Positions 51,247 to 64,000 of a stretch of DNA of 64,000 nucleotides are shown here, piece after piece; within the stretch, counting starts at the first letter, position 1, and every line of letters begins with the position of its first letter. The notes under the pieces are model-generated. The model was not told the origin of the DNA. It ran no database searches and was given only the letters and a program-made list of their open reading frames with translations. The stretch is taken from the NCBI RefSeq assembly GCF_020745735.1, contig NW_026867529.1:62001-126000 (forward strand), written 5' to 3'. The position numbers were made by a program, and so were the translations under genes. The DNA is from Hemiscyllium ocellatum (taxonomy: Eukaryota).

Positions 51247-51693
51247 GAAAGTTAGCTCCCTTTATTTCTACATTCATTCACAAGCAGATAAAACTAAAAT
51301 CAAAGTTCAAACATATTACTAGCTAGTAAAACAATTGAGCTTTTATTTCCCAGGACACTGCCAGTCTCTGTCCCACTACAAAATAACATGTAATTCATAC
51401 TAAACATTTCAAAATTCAATTTAGGCAACTGAATACAGAGCGTGTCCAAAGTGATTATATTCAGAATATTCCATTAGAAGTTAACTCCCTTTAATTCTAC
51501 ATTCCACCACAAGCAGATAAAGCTAAAAAGAACTTCGATCATATTATTAACTAACAAAATGAGTGACTTTATTTTTGCTGTCACTCAAAGTCTCTCTCAC
51601 TTCACAAAATAACATCCCATTTCTAATCTGCGTTTCTAAATTCCATTTAGGCAACCTAATATGGAGCAGGTCTAAAGTGATTATGTTCGGAAT
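51247..51693. repeat. Diverged tandem duplication, 230-bp period
   Basis: GAAAGTTAGCTCCCTTTATTTCTACATTC...CACAAGCAGATAAA...TTTAGGCAAC...AAAGTGATTAT recurs from 51247 and 51477. Confidence 0.8.
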
Positions 51694-52554
51694 GTGAGTG
51701 GATGTCACTAAACAGTTTGGACCCGGAGATTAGAAGCACCTCCTTACATTGCAGAATGTCTCTTCTTCCCTCCTAGACTTGCTTAGAACAACTCGTGACA
51801 ACAAAATTGCTTGATTTTTTTTGTGTGGGGTAACACATGAAATGTTACTGTATTCCGACTGATGTGAACCATTTGCACTTCAAGTTATTTGAAAACGTCC
51901 TTCACAACAGATATGGGAGCAAATTTTAGAAATCATTGATCAAAGGGTCTTTTTTTTTCAACTCAAGGAAGATCCATAGTGATATTTTGTAAATGTTTGG
52001 AGCTGTGACTGCTTTAAATTTTTAATTAAGACATTGGCATACAGTGGACAACATCACAATTTGCTGTAACATGAAACTCGCAACCACTGAGAACCATCGC
52101 CTGATGGTTCAGAATTTAACAAGGACCTAGCAAGGTTCGTGGAATGGACCGACGAGTGATACATGAAAATTAACAAAGGCATTTCTGAAATGATTAATTT
52201 AGCTAGGAAGAATGTAGAGACCTCACATCTCTGTTTGCATTTCAATATACTATAAATTACTTTTCTATTATATCCTAAAAAACTTGTGTCTTTGTTCATA
52301 TTTAATACACTCTATCTTGTTCCGGGGTTAAGATAGTTTCTTTATTTATTTCACTCAAGACTGGATGCTGTAGTTTTGCCTCAGTATTGACCAACCTCGG
52401 TTTGGTGCCAGCTTATATCACTTGAGCTGCTTTTTCAGGAAGTGAATCTCTCCACCTGTTCAGTCAAAATAATCTGTTCATGCTTCGATCGAAATAAATC
52501 CTATTAATATCATCCCAAATTCAGACTCGGTTATTTTGTATTTATTCATTGGAA

Positions 52555-53640
52555 TTGAACAGGAATATGACCGGCTGTTCTTGGTGGAGTGGGAGGGGGA
52601 GTTAAAGTGTTCAGCCACGGGGCTGTGGGGTTGGTTGGTAAGGGTGTCCCAGAGATGTTCTCTGAAACGATCCGCAAGTTAGTGTCCTGTCTCCCTGATG
52701 CAGAGGAGACCACATCAGGTGGAACAGACACAGTGGATGACATTTGTGGAAGTACAGATAAGTTTCGATGGGATGTGGAAGGATCATTTGGGGCCTTGTC
52801 GGAGGTGAGGGGGAAGGTGTGGGCGCAGGTTTTGCACTTCCTGTGGTGACAGGGGAAGGTGACAGGGGTGGGGAGTGGGCTGGTTGGGGGGCATTGACAT
52901 GACGAGGGAGTCGTGGAGGGAATGGTTTCTCCGGAATGCCGATAGGTGTAGGGAGGGAAATATACCCCGAGTGATGGGGTCTGTTTACGGTGGTGGAAGC
53001 AGCAGAGGATGATATGATGTGTGCAAGGTTGGTGTGGTGGAAGGTGAGGACCAGGAGAGGTCCCTGTTGCGATTGGAGGGATGGGGTTGAAGGGCATCAT
53101 CGACCACGTGGGAGGGGAAATTGCAGTCTTTGATAAAGGATCTGGGATGTTTTATGGTGGAACTGGTCCTCCTGGAAGCAGATGTGGAGGAGGCAGAGGA
53201 ATTGAGAATAAAGGATGGCATTTTTACCTGAGGTTGGGTGGAAGGAGGTGTAGTCCAGGTAGCTGTGGGAGTCAGTGGGCTTGTAGTAAATGTTTAGTTG
53301 GTCACTGGAGATAGAGATGAAGAGGTCTAGGAAAGGGAGGGAGGTGTCCGAGATGGTCCCTGTAAAGTTTAGGTCAGGGTGGAAGGTTTAGTAAAGTTGA
53401 TGAACTGTTCAAACGCCTAGTGGTTGCATGAGGTGGCGTTGATACAGTCATCAATGTCGTGGTGGTAAAGGTGGGCAATGATACCGGTGTAGCTGTGGAA
53501 GATTGACTGTTCCACATATCTGACAAAGAGGCAGGCATAGCTGGGGTCCATATAGGTGTCCATGGCTACCCCTTTGGTTTGGAGGAAGTGGGAGGATTGA
53601 AAGGAAATGTAGTTGAGGTTGAGCATGTACTGCTTGGGTT
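52555..53640 (-). mobile_element. Penelope-like element (RT C-terminal half plus GIY-YIG), degraded
   Basis: FLQTKGVAM..M.PSYACLFV.YVEQS..DIDDCI (PLE RT motifs); homologous by eye to 2400-2900. Confidence 0.8.
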
Positions 53641-56183
53641 GGCGTGACAGGAAGAAACGGAGGGCTTCGAGGCCTCCATCATGGCGTTTGGATGTGTACA
53701 GGGCCTGGACATTCTGTTCATTCTGGGGCTTATCAATAGCTTGCAGTTATTATGGAACTGCAAGGGCAATGGCTGGGAACTCAGAGAAACCAATGGTTCA
53801 GTCTTCTGCTTGAAGCAAATTTTGACCAGAACATTTAAACACCACAAAGCTCACTGTAGGAAATGCCAGTGCTGCAACTTTTAATAATATTTGAAACTTG
53901 GTTAAAAATAGGGATTTTTAGTTATAGTTTCTGAAATAATCAAGAAAAGAATTAACCGTTAGAACAAGCTCTATCAAAGAGAGAGGATTTGCAAAGTTTG
54001 AAACCACACAGTGCTGTGGTTTATTTGAATTCAATGTCGGTCAGAGTTAGATACAGCCAAGGTGATCTCTCCATATATTGATTCTGTTAATCGGACACAC
54101 CAACAGACCTGTCTGTACTAAACTGTATTATTTGTTTAGTTGATCAAAATTTAGGAAATAGATCAAACAGAATGTATTCGGCTGGGAAGGTGATGGATAC
54201 AGAAGACAGAATCAAAAGCTGGGAACATTAAATCTGAAGAGAGAGTAACAAGTAGTTCAAGATCAAAGACATGAAAAGGTGCATGTCAATGTGTTCCAGA
54301 CGTTAGTGAATCGAATGAGCTTGTTAGATAGTCGAGAGACTTGTCCAACGACATCCTGGAATCAGACCGTGAAATAGAGATCGAAAGGTCGATTTGCAAA
54401 TGTCACTTCAATGTGATCACTTCACACTCTGTGTCCTGATATAGGCCACATTGGCAGGTGGTTCTGCCAGATTGTATCCCCTGGGTTTATTTTCTGATCA
54501 GAAGTGAGATGTGTGGCTTGCTGCTGGCACATAGAAACAGGAAGTTGCGCGCCAGCTGAGAATGATACATCAGGCGCTACTTTCCGTATTATCAGCACAA
54601 ACAGTCTTCCTACCTCTGAGGGTGAACACACTGACAGTGTCAAGAACAAACAGACAGTTTGCTGTTGGTCTCAACATTGTATTCAATTCCATTCCCATTT
54701 TCCAGAATGAAACAGAAGAGACACAAGATTATTTCAGCGAGAGTAAATTATCTGTCAGAGAGATAAGAAAGAGTTATCACCGGGTGAAAGGAGCGAAATG
54801 ACAATATGTAATTTTGCTCATAAACCTATGTTTAAAAGTAGAAAGCTTGAGGGAAGTTAATAAATAAATCTAAGAGACAGCATTCATTAAAAGTTGGAAT
54901 TGTAAGGTTTAGTCAATAAAATTCAGCAGGGCTTTGGTGGAAGTGAGACCATCTGGGAAGTGGTTGATTCTGTTTTCCGCAGAGGCAATGAGATGTGCCA
55001 TCGGGTGTAAAAAGTGGATGTGATGCTTCTTGACTTCAATCAGGTTTTTGACCAGATCTTGCATCTTCAATATGCTAAGGGTTCATGGGATCTGGTGCAG
55101 TTTGGCAAATGCATCGAAGGTTTATTTGTTGGCAGAAGCTAAAGGTCAAAGGTAGACATTGTGAAGACATCTTGTGTCCAGTGCCTGACCATATGACTTG
55201 GTGCTGGATCCTTTGCTGTTTGCAGTGTATATGAACGATCTAGTCAAGAATGTAGCAATTTTGATCAATAAGTTCAAAGATGAGGAGAAAAACGTTTGGT
55301 TTTGCAACTAATGTGGAGGAAAGCCAGTGTGACATCGATGACCTTGCCTGTTGGAGAGAAGAATTGAAAACAGAACATTCTATCCTAAAGTCTGTGAAGT
55401 AAAGGATTTTCAAGACTAACAAATTAAGTGAATATATGATGTATTGTTGAAATCTACAAATACAAAGGATAAGCGATCTTCTGTTGTGCATATCCACATC
55501 ATGGAGTGCGGGTTGGAGTTATAGTCTGGAGATATTGTGGCTAGACCATTAATTCAGGAAACTGGGGTCTGAGCCTGCAGTGCTGCCACATCAAGTCATG
55601 AACTAAAGTTGATAATTAAACAACTCACTGAAGGAATAAGCTCCACAGATATCCCCTTGCTCGGCTTTGGAGAGCACAACACATCAGCGCAAAAGTTAAG
55701 GCTGAAGCATTCACAGCAAGCGTCAGCCAGAAGTGCCAATTGTCTGATCCATCTCAGCATCTTCCATCGATCACCAATATTACAGATACCTGTCAGCAGG
55801 GAATTCGCTTCTCTCCATGTGAAATCAAGACACTGTTGAGCGGGGGGCACTGGTTACTGCAAATGCAATGGAGCCTGACAAAATTCTGGCAATAATACTG
55901 ATGACTTGTGCTAGCCAAGCACTCCCAGTACAGCTACCACACTGGCATGGACAATGTGGAAAATAGGCCAGACATGTCCTGTGCACAGAAAATAGGTCAA
56001 ACCACCCTGGCGAATTACTGCTCCATCAGTCCATGCTCAATCATGTGTTAGGTGTAGGAAGGTGCTTTCAACAGTGCTATCAAGCAGCACTAGCTCAGTA
56101 ATAACCTGCTCGGTGACATAAAATATGGGTTATGAAAGGCCTACTCAGCTCATGACTGAATTACAGACTTGATTTAAACATGG

Positions 56184-56410
56184 CTTAAAAATGTGTTGCT
56201 GGAAAAGCGCAGCAGGTCAGGCAGCATCAAAGGAGCAGGAGAATGAACGTTTTGGGCATAAGCTCTTCTGAAGGCTGATTCCTGAAGAAGGGCTTATGCC
56301 CGAAACATTGACTCTCCTGCTCCTTTGATGCTGCCTGACCTGCTGCGCTTTTCCAGCAACGCATTTTTAAGCTCTGATCTCCAGCATCTGCGGTCCTCAC
56401 TTTCTCCTAG
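56184..56410 (+). mobile_element. 227-bp palindromic Penelope-derived insertion
   Basis: About 85-bp imperfect arms; perfect 15-bp TSD TTGATTTAAACATGG (56169-56183, 56411-56425). Confidence 0.85.
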
Positions 56411-57244
56411 TTGATTTAAACATGGACAAAGAACTGAATTCCAGAAATGAGGGAAGAGTGACAGCCCTTCACATTAAGGTCACAGTCGACAGAGTGTGAT
56501 ATTATGGAGTCCTAGCAAAACTGGATTCAATGGGTATCAGGTGACAACCTCCCTGCTGCCTGCAGTCAGACCTCACACATTGGAAGGTGGCTCTGCTTGT
56601 TAGAGGGCAGTCGTCTCAGCCAAAGCAAATCTCTGTTGGAGTTCCTAAAGAAAGTGTCCTTGGCCCAATCATGTTCAGCTGCTTCAGCAACGCCTTTCCC
56701 TCCCTCAGAAGGTCAGAAGTGAAATCTGCATTGATCTAGCACTTTTTTTGGGACTGCTCAGTCCACATTCAAACGCAACAAAATCTGGACAATTTCCAGC
56801 CTTGAGCTGACAAGTGGCAAATAGCATTCACACCACAAACCTGCGAGACAATGACCATTGACAATAAGAGACAATCTAACCAAAACCCCTTGACATTCAA
56901 TAGTGTTACCATCACGGAATCCCTCACCATCGACATCCTGGGTTTTATTGTTCATTAGAAATTGAGCTGGACACTCCATATAAATACAATGGTTGTAAGA
57001 GCAGGCCAGAGGCTAGGAATACTGCAGCGAGTAACTCACCCTCCTGACTTGCAAAGCCAATTAACTGCCTAAGAGACAGAAGTCAGGAGGGTAATAGCAC
57101 AGCTCGCCCTTTGACTGGACAGGAGCACCTTCAACTGCACTCAAGAAGCTATGCATTGTCCAGGACAAAGCATCCCACTTGATCAGCAGCACATCCACAA
57201 GCGTCCATTGCCTCCAAATCTGATGCTTAGTACCTGCCATATGC

Positions 57245-57336
57245 TGAAAAATGTATTGCTAGAAAAGCGCAGCAGGTCAGGCAGCATCCAAGGAGCAGGA
57301 GAATCGATGTTTCGGGCATAAGCCCTTCTTCAGGTA
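57245..57336 (-). mobile_element. Solo Penelope terminal repeat
   Basis: Same family as 56184-56410; flanked by TACCTGCC(A/G)TATGC direct repeats. Confidence 0.75.
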
Positions 57337-57989
57337 TACCTGCCGTATGCACTGTCTAAAATACTGCACTGCAGTAACTTAGCCACTTCCTTACACAGTA
57401 CCTTCCCACTCCCACTTGCATCTCGATGGATAAGAACAGCAGATACATGGGAACAGCACCACTGTAAGCTCCTCTCTCAACTCCTCGGCATCCTGATATG
57501 GAAATATATCATTGATCTTTCACTGTAACTGGGTCAAAATCTGGAATTCCCTTCCTCAGGTCATTTTGGAAGATGTTATTTCAGAAAAGCAGCTTTCTGC
57601 CATCTTCTGAAGGACACCTACCGACAACTAAAAGCAACCACCGTGTTCCATGAGTCAATAAAACAATCATTGAAGCTAATATGACAGTTTGAGAAAGTGG
57701 TTAAGGAGGCATTATGAGTATGTAATAAGCAATCAAAAGGTTTGGAGTAAAGTTCCAGAACCAATCTCAACCATAGTAGCTCCAATTAATGAAAGAGTGT
57801 GAAATGCAACTGCTGAAGTAACGAATGAGAATCACAGACCTACCAAAGGTTTGAAGCATGTTACATGGTTCAGTATTGTCCTTCAGAAGAGGATGTGTGG
57901 CCTTCCTACCTGGCCTGCCAGACCTGTTCAACAAAAAGGCGATGGTTCCTTTCCTGTGCCGAACCTGACTAAGAAACCCATCAGGAGAA

Positions 57990-58205
57990 GGTGAGGACTG
58001 CAGGTGCTGGAGATCTGAGTTGAGAGTGTAGTGCTGTAAAAGCACAGCAGGTCAGGCAGGATCCAAGGAGCAGGAGAATCAATGTTCCAGCCATAACAAC
58101 GACATCAGGTATCTTAATGAAGGCCTTATGCCCAAAACATCGATTCTCCTGCTCCTCAGACGCTGCCTGACCTGCTGTACTTTTCCAGCACTACAGTCTC
58201 GACTG
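57990..58205. mobile_element. Older palindromic Penelope-derived insertion
   Basis: Inverted pair of the same terminal repeat, more diverged. Confidence 0.7.
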
Positions 58206-61129
58206 AGAAGCCATTTGGTTGTAATAAAGCTTCTTAACAAAGATCAACCATAATTAGCCGAACAAGATGGCAGGCCTTCAAAAAGGGAGCTGATGGCCAC
58301 CTTCTTGGGATATGTGACTAACGCTTTCATAATTCAGTGAAGAATTCAACAAATGCAAATTACGGTGAGTCAGGTTCTTCAGACAGAATCCGATACAGAT
58401 TTTAGATTGGTGAGTGGATGCAAAGTCTCCTGTAATGTTGCTGTGAACAGCAAGAGAGTTCTTGCCAGTATTTCACTCCAATATTTGTTCATGATATAAA
58501 GTGTCAGATTTATTGCATTTCTGTGCTTTCTGTACATTGCCAACATTCGGATCACAGTGATGATATCATGGGACCAGTATTCTCGAACTCCAGTTTGATG
58601 TTGGATGGCCAGGGTTTGGAATATCATCGTTTGCCCAGGGTGAAATGTGAATTTAAAGAAATCCTGGAATCAGAAAGGAAGGCAAATGGTGACCATGTAA
58701 CCCGAGTCAATGGAAAAATACAAAAACAGCTGGTTCACGAATGACAAGGCATCTGTCACCTTTACATGGTCTGGCCACCATGAGATTCCAGACCCACTGG
58801 GAAGTAATTGACTGTGTTCTAAAGTGGCTTTAGCAAGCTATTCAATGGGCAGTTGGGGATAGGGACTCATTGCTGACCCTTACCATTAAGTAATACATGT
58901 AACGAAACCTCGTAACAACTATATCAATTAAATGTAATTATTGCGGCAGTTCCTGTATTTCACATGAATATTCTAAATTTGCAGAATTTTCAGCACTGAA
59001 TTGTTAACCTAAATAAAAGTTTTAAATTATTTATCTTTCAGAAATAAATAAAATCTGTCGCAATTCGGCTTCATAAATTTTTATTCACTTCTGCAAATGG
59101 TCAACATTCTTAAAATAAACTTGTTTCGATTTGAAACTTACCACCAAATCACTTCATTCACCTGGCTTTGCTGCCATCATCACTTCCTTGAAGCCAATTA
59201 AGCATTTATGTAAATAAACACAGAAATAGAATTCTCAGAATAGATTACAGAACCACAAAACCCTAATTTATATTTCCCCACAAGCACATCACACGAATTG
59301 TGGAAAAATGCAAATAACTCAATGGATTCCAATACTAATTGATGTTAGGGCTTTTTAATACATAAGTTGTATGATTGTTGAATGACAGAGGTATCAATTG
59401 TCATGTTTAGTCAAAAAACTATAATTAAGAGATACATTGGCACAGCTAATATTTCTGTGTCTCTTTTTCTCTCTTCCCCTCCTGCCTTCCCCCTTTTTTC
59501 TTTATCTCTGATGCCTTGTTTTGCCTCTCCACAATCGGACAATGTTTTCCTCAATAACATGAAGCCAACACCTCACCAACATTGCCTCTCAGCCAAATTC
59601 ATCCATTTCTTTCGAGAGATTTGAGTCAGGACAGCAAGATTTTCTCAAAAATCTGTGAGTATTGAGTGATCTGGAAATGCTTGATAGGAATGAGGCTGCA
59701 AGACTTTGCTGTGTTAGTGTTTTCATTGTATCTCTGCACTATTATTCTTGTCTGAGGAATGTTTAATGGTTCAGTGTAATGCATATTTAGTCTATAATTA
59801 ACCTTACACTGCACATCTCATGGAAGTTTTAATATTGTAGAGGTCAATTTATTCTGTATCGACTCTGGGAGGATTCTTTTTCGGGAATCCTGGATGCAGC
59901 TCTACTCTGTGTCTAAACCAAAATATATTTGACATGATTGCATTGGACAACACAATATAGAGGGAGATTTACCCAGCACATTACATGAGCTGTACAATCA
60001 CGGAAAACATTTGATGTAGCCGTGTAAAGGGGCTTGAACTCCTACCCACTGCCTTTCTGATTTTGAAACGCTTGATACCAGAATAAAAAGGGAACAGCAC
60101 TATGCATCAAAACTTTGTTATACAAGTAGATTATCATCTACAGGCACAGACATACGCACACACATAAGCAAATCATCTCTGAACAACCCTTGCAGTGTTT
60201 AATGGATGAGTACTGAGAGAGCTTTAATATGCAATGTGTGTGTATTCCATGCAACACATGCCAACAGTGTGCTTGATATGGTAGTTTAAATGTAGTTTTG
60301 ATCTGTCTTTAACCTTTTCTGTGACAGCCGTGGTTGTGTTTGACAAATATTCAACAGAACTGGAGGACTATAAATGTAGTCACTGCATTAGAGGCAGAAT
60401 GCAATGCCATCTAACAGTGAGAAAGATGATCCCTGTCTTTTTTCATGATGAGGAGGGATTGAAGCAGCTGGGCTTCAAACATGAAATGGAGGGTAATTTC
60501 GATGAGACCTATATAATTCTGAAAAGACTAACTTCGAGCAAAAGTCAATGAGAGGGAACCAGAAGCAGTCTGTTCAGCCAATGGGGTTTGAGCTTCCAAA
60601 CAATGACATCATAGCTGAGCTGATAATCCTCACCTCCACTTTTCAGCGTTTAACTGTAAGCATTGATTCAATTCCCAAATCAAAACCTGCCCATTTCAGC
60701 CTTCAAAATACTGACTGACCCAGCCTCGACAGTGTTCTATGGAAACAAATTCCACAGATTCACTACATTCTGGGAGACAAAATTCTGTTCTGCCTGACAT
60801 TTGTGACCTCTAATTCAGAGATTTTACTCACTGGTCCGAACCTCTCCCACAAGGGGGAACAACATTTCTGCATTTACACCATCAAGTTTCCTGAAAATAA
60901 TAGATGTTTCAGAATGTCACCACTGAATCTTCTATGTTCTAATGAGTATAGGCCCAAATGACTCAGTCTCTACTCTCAAGACAGTCCCTCCACCCTCAGG
61001 ATCAGTCGACTAAACCTCGTGTGGATTGTCTCACAGTCCAGTGTACCTTTTCTTTGTGATATGAGTCCCAAGAACAGTCCACAGTATTCCAGCTGTGGTA
61101 AAAATACAGCTTCTTTTCAGTTTAAACAA

Positions 61130-63170
61130 ACATTATAGTCGTACAGATATCAGACAAAGAAACAGACCCTTCGGTCCAACTGCACTGACCAGATATCCCA
61201 ACCTGACTGAGTACCAGTTGCCAAACATTTGGCCGATCTTTCTCTAAATGTTTCCTGTTCATACACCCATCCAGGTGCCTTTTAAATGCAGTAATTGAAC
61301 CCACCTCCCCCACTACCATTGGCAGCTGTTTCCATACATACACGTGAAAAGGTTACCCCTCAGGTTCTTTTCAAACGTTTCTCCTCTCACCTTAATCTGC
61401 TGTCCTCTAGTTTTGGACTCTCCCACTCGAGGAAAAAGGCCTTGGCTATTCACCATATCAATGCCCTGCATGATTTTATAGGGTCTTGTTCAGGCCACTC
61501 CTCAGCCTCCTTTCCTCTCACTGTAGGGAAAAGAAAAGCCCCAGTCTATTCAGCTTCACCTTATACCTTAAACACTCCAGTTCCAGCATCATTCTTGGAA
61601 ATCTTTTCTACATCCCCTCAAGTTTCACAAAATCCTTCATCGAAATGGTCAGCCAGATTTGTCTGTAATAATTCTAAACGTGGCCTCACAAATGTTCTGT
61701 ACAACTGAGATATGACATCTCGACTCCTACACTTAATGTTATGACCAATGAAGGAAAGCGTGCCAAACACCTTCTTCCCCACCCTGTCTACCTGCAACTC
61801 CACTTTCAAGGAATGATGCATCTGCTCCCTTTGGTTTCTTTGCTCAGCAACACTCCCCAAGGGCCAGCCATTAATTGTATAAGTCTTGCCCTGGTTTGCC
61901 TTACAAAAATGCAGCACCTCACATTTATTTAATAAAGCTTGGGTTCATGAAAGGCAGGTCATGTTTAACTGATTAATTGGAATTCTTTGAGGTCATAATG
62001 AGCGTGGTAGACAATGGGGAACTGGTGAACGTGGTGTATCTGGATTTCCAAAAGGCATTCAGCACAAAAGGCTGCTGCATAAGATAAAGATGCACAGTGT
62101 TACGGGCAATGCATTAGCATGGACAGAAAACTGGTTAACTAACAGAACGCAAAACGTGGGGATAAATGGGTGTTTTTCTGGTTGGCAATCAGTGGCGAGT
62201 GGTGTGTCTCAGGGATGAGTGTTGGCACTGCAATTGTTTGCAATTCAGGGAGATTGCTTCGAGTTAGAGATCCAAGTGTAGTGTGTTGTAGTTCGCAGAA
62301 GGCACTTAAATGAGTGATAGAGCAAAGTGTGCAGGAGGATATAGATAGGTTAAGTGAGTGGGCAAGAGTCTGGCAGATGGAGTACAATGTTAGTAAACGT
62401 GAGGTCATCCATTTTGGTAGGAATAATAACAAACAGAATGCTGCTGTGCAGGGGGACTTGGCTGTTCTTGTGCATGAAACAAAACAGTATGGTTTGCAGG
62501 TACAGTAGCTAATTAGGAAGACAAATGGAATAATGTCCTTCATTGGCTGTGGATAGAGTTTAAAATTAGGACTTTCTGTTGCAGCTGTATAGGGCGCTGG
62601 TGTGACCATGCCTGAAGTATTCTGTACACTTTTCATCGCCTTACATGAGATGGCACTGGGGTGGGGCTTGCTGAGGAGGTTGATTACGTTGATTCTGGAA
62701 ATGAGGGGGTTGGCTTGTGAGGAGAGATTGAGCAGACTGGGAGTATACTCATTGGAATTCAGAAGAATGTGGGAGGGGGGTTGTAAAATTATAAATGGGA
62801 TAGATAAGACAGAAGCAGGGATGCTATTTCTACTGGTGGGTGAAATTAGAATGACGGGGCATAACATTAAAATAAGGGCAACAGATTTAAGACTGAGTTG
62901 AGGATCAACATCTTCACCCAAAGGGTTGTGAAGCTGTGAAATCCCCTGCCTAGTGAAGCAGCTGAGGCCAACCTGTTGAATGTTTTAAAGGTGAAAATAG
63001 ATTTTTTAACAGTAAAGGAATGGAGGGTTATAGTGAGCGGGTGGGTAAGTGGAATCTTAGTCCATTGAAAGATGATCCATGATGTTATTGAAAGGCAGAG
63101 CAGACTCATGGGGTCAGATGGCCTACTCCTGATCGTATTTCTAATGTTGTTATGTTCTAACAGGCCTCCC
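61130..63170. mobile_element. Cluster of CR1 fragments (minus 61130-61930, plus 61940-63170)
   Basis: ORFs 61618-61917 and 62314-62508 are RT-like; CR1 3' UTR motifs present. Confidence 0.7.
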
Positions 63171-64000
63171 ATCCAAAACATAATGCTCTCTGACTACTAA
63201 GTAAAAACTGAAAGAATTGTGGATGCTGTGTATCAGAAACAAAAACGGAAACTGCTGGAAATGTTCAGAAGGTCTGGCAGCATCTCTGGTGTGAAAGGCT
63301 CACCAGTTTATGGTTCCCTGGCTTTTCCATACAGCGTTCTTCAATAATGCTGCCACATTAGTCACTCTCCAGTCTTCTGGCATCTCATCTATGATTATCA
63401 ACGATACAAATATCTCAGCAAGGGGGCCACGAATCTCTTCCCTAGCTTCCCACAAAGTTCTGAGAAAACCTAACCAGGTCTCCAGGATTTATTTCCATTT
63501 TTCTACTGTAAGACCTCCAACACCTCCTCTTCTGTAAGATGAACTCATTTTAAGATCATATTATTTATTTCCCAAGTTCCTTAGCTTCTACGCTCCTGTC
63601 TACTGTAAATATTGATACAAAATATTTGCTTAGTGTCTCAGCCATCTCCTGTGGTTCCATGTATGGAAAGCCATGTTGATCTTTAAGGGCTGTATTCTCT
63701 CCTTAGTTATTCTTTTAACCTTAAAATAATTTTAGAATCTTTTTGGATTCTCCTTAATTCTATTTGCCAAAGCAATCTTATGCCCCCTTTTTTCCCTCAT
63801 GATTTCCTGGTTAAGGATACTCTGACTGCCCTTATCCCCCCTTCTCAGGATTCACTCAATCCCAGCTGTCTATATCTGATGAATGCCCCCTTCGTTTTCT
63901 GGACAAGAGTTGCAATTTCCCTCATCATTGAGCTTTTCCCATGCCTTGCCCTTCACACAAACAGAAACATACCATCACTGAACTCTCATTGTCTCATTCT

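Noticed and set aside
54007-54013. Stray CACAGTG/CACTGTG heptamers (also near 17980, 34970, 62093)
   Set aside because: No nonamer at 12 or 23 nt and no adjacent V, D or J sequence.
1-64000. Most short ORFs in the six-frame track
   Set aside because: They are antisense or off-frame shadows of CR1, Penelope and SINE sequence, or low-complexity DNA, with no independent protein signature.

Overview
Eukaryotic, repeat-rich DNA from a cartilaginous fish (shark-like). The main feature is one complete immunoglobulin IgM heavy-chain cluster on the minus strand: leader (50831-50879), VH, D remnant(s), JH (49935-49982), Cmu1-Cmu4 with secretory tail (39806 down to 32960) and two transmembrane exons (27707 down to 27435). 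I read every splice junction by hand; all are GT/AG and phase-compatible. The cluster is partly pre-rearranged: VH is fused directly to about 22 nt of D-like sequence with no V RSS or V-D spacer. It ends in an in-frame TGA and a 12-RSS facing an unjoined JH with a 23-RSS. The J-C intron carries a 45-bp tandem array, two young palindromic Penelope-derived insertions with hammerhead-ribozyme-like cores, and an inverted SINE pair. The rest is CR1 LINEs (one with an uninterrupted 814-codon ORF2 inside the Cmu4-TM1 intron), HE1-type SINEs, Penelope-like elements, a Buster/Charlie hAT, a Tigger-like remnant, and a CpG-rich promoter near 4.4 kb with possible plus-strand exons of an unidentified gene. 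No database searches were run; family names come from recognised motifs.
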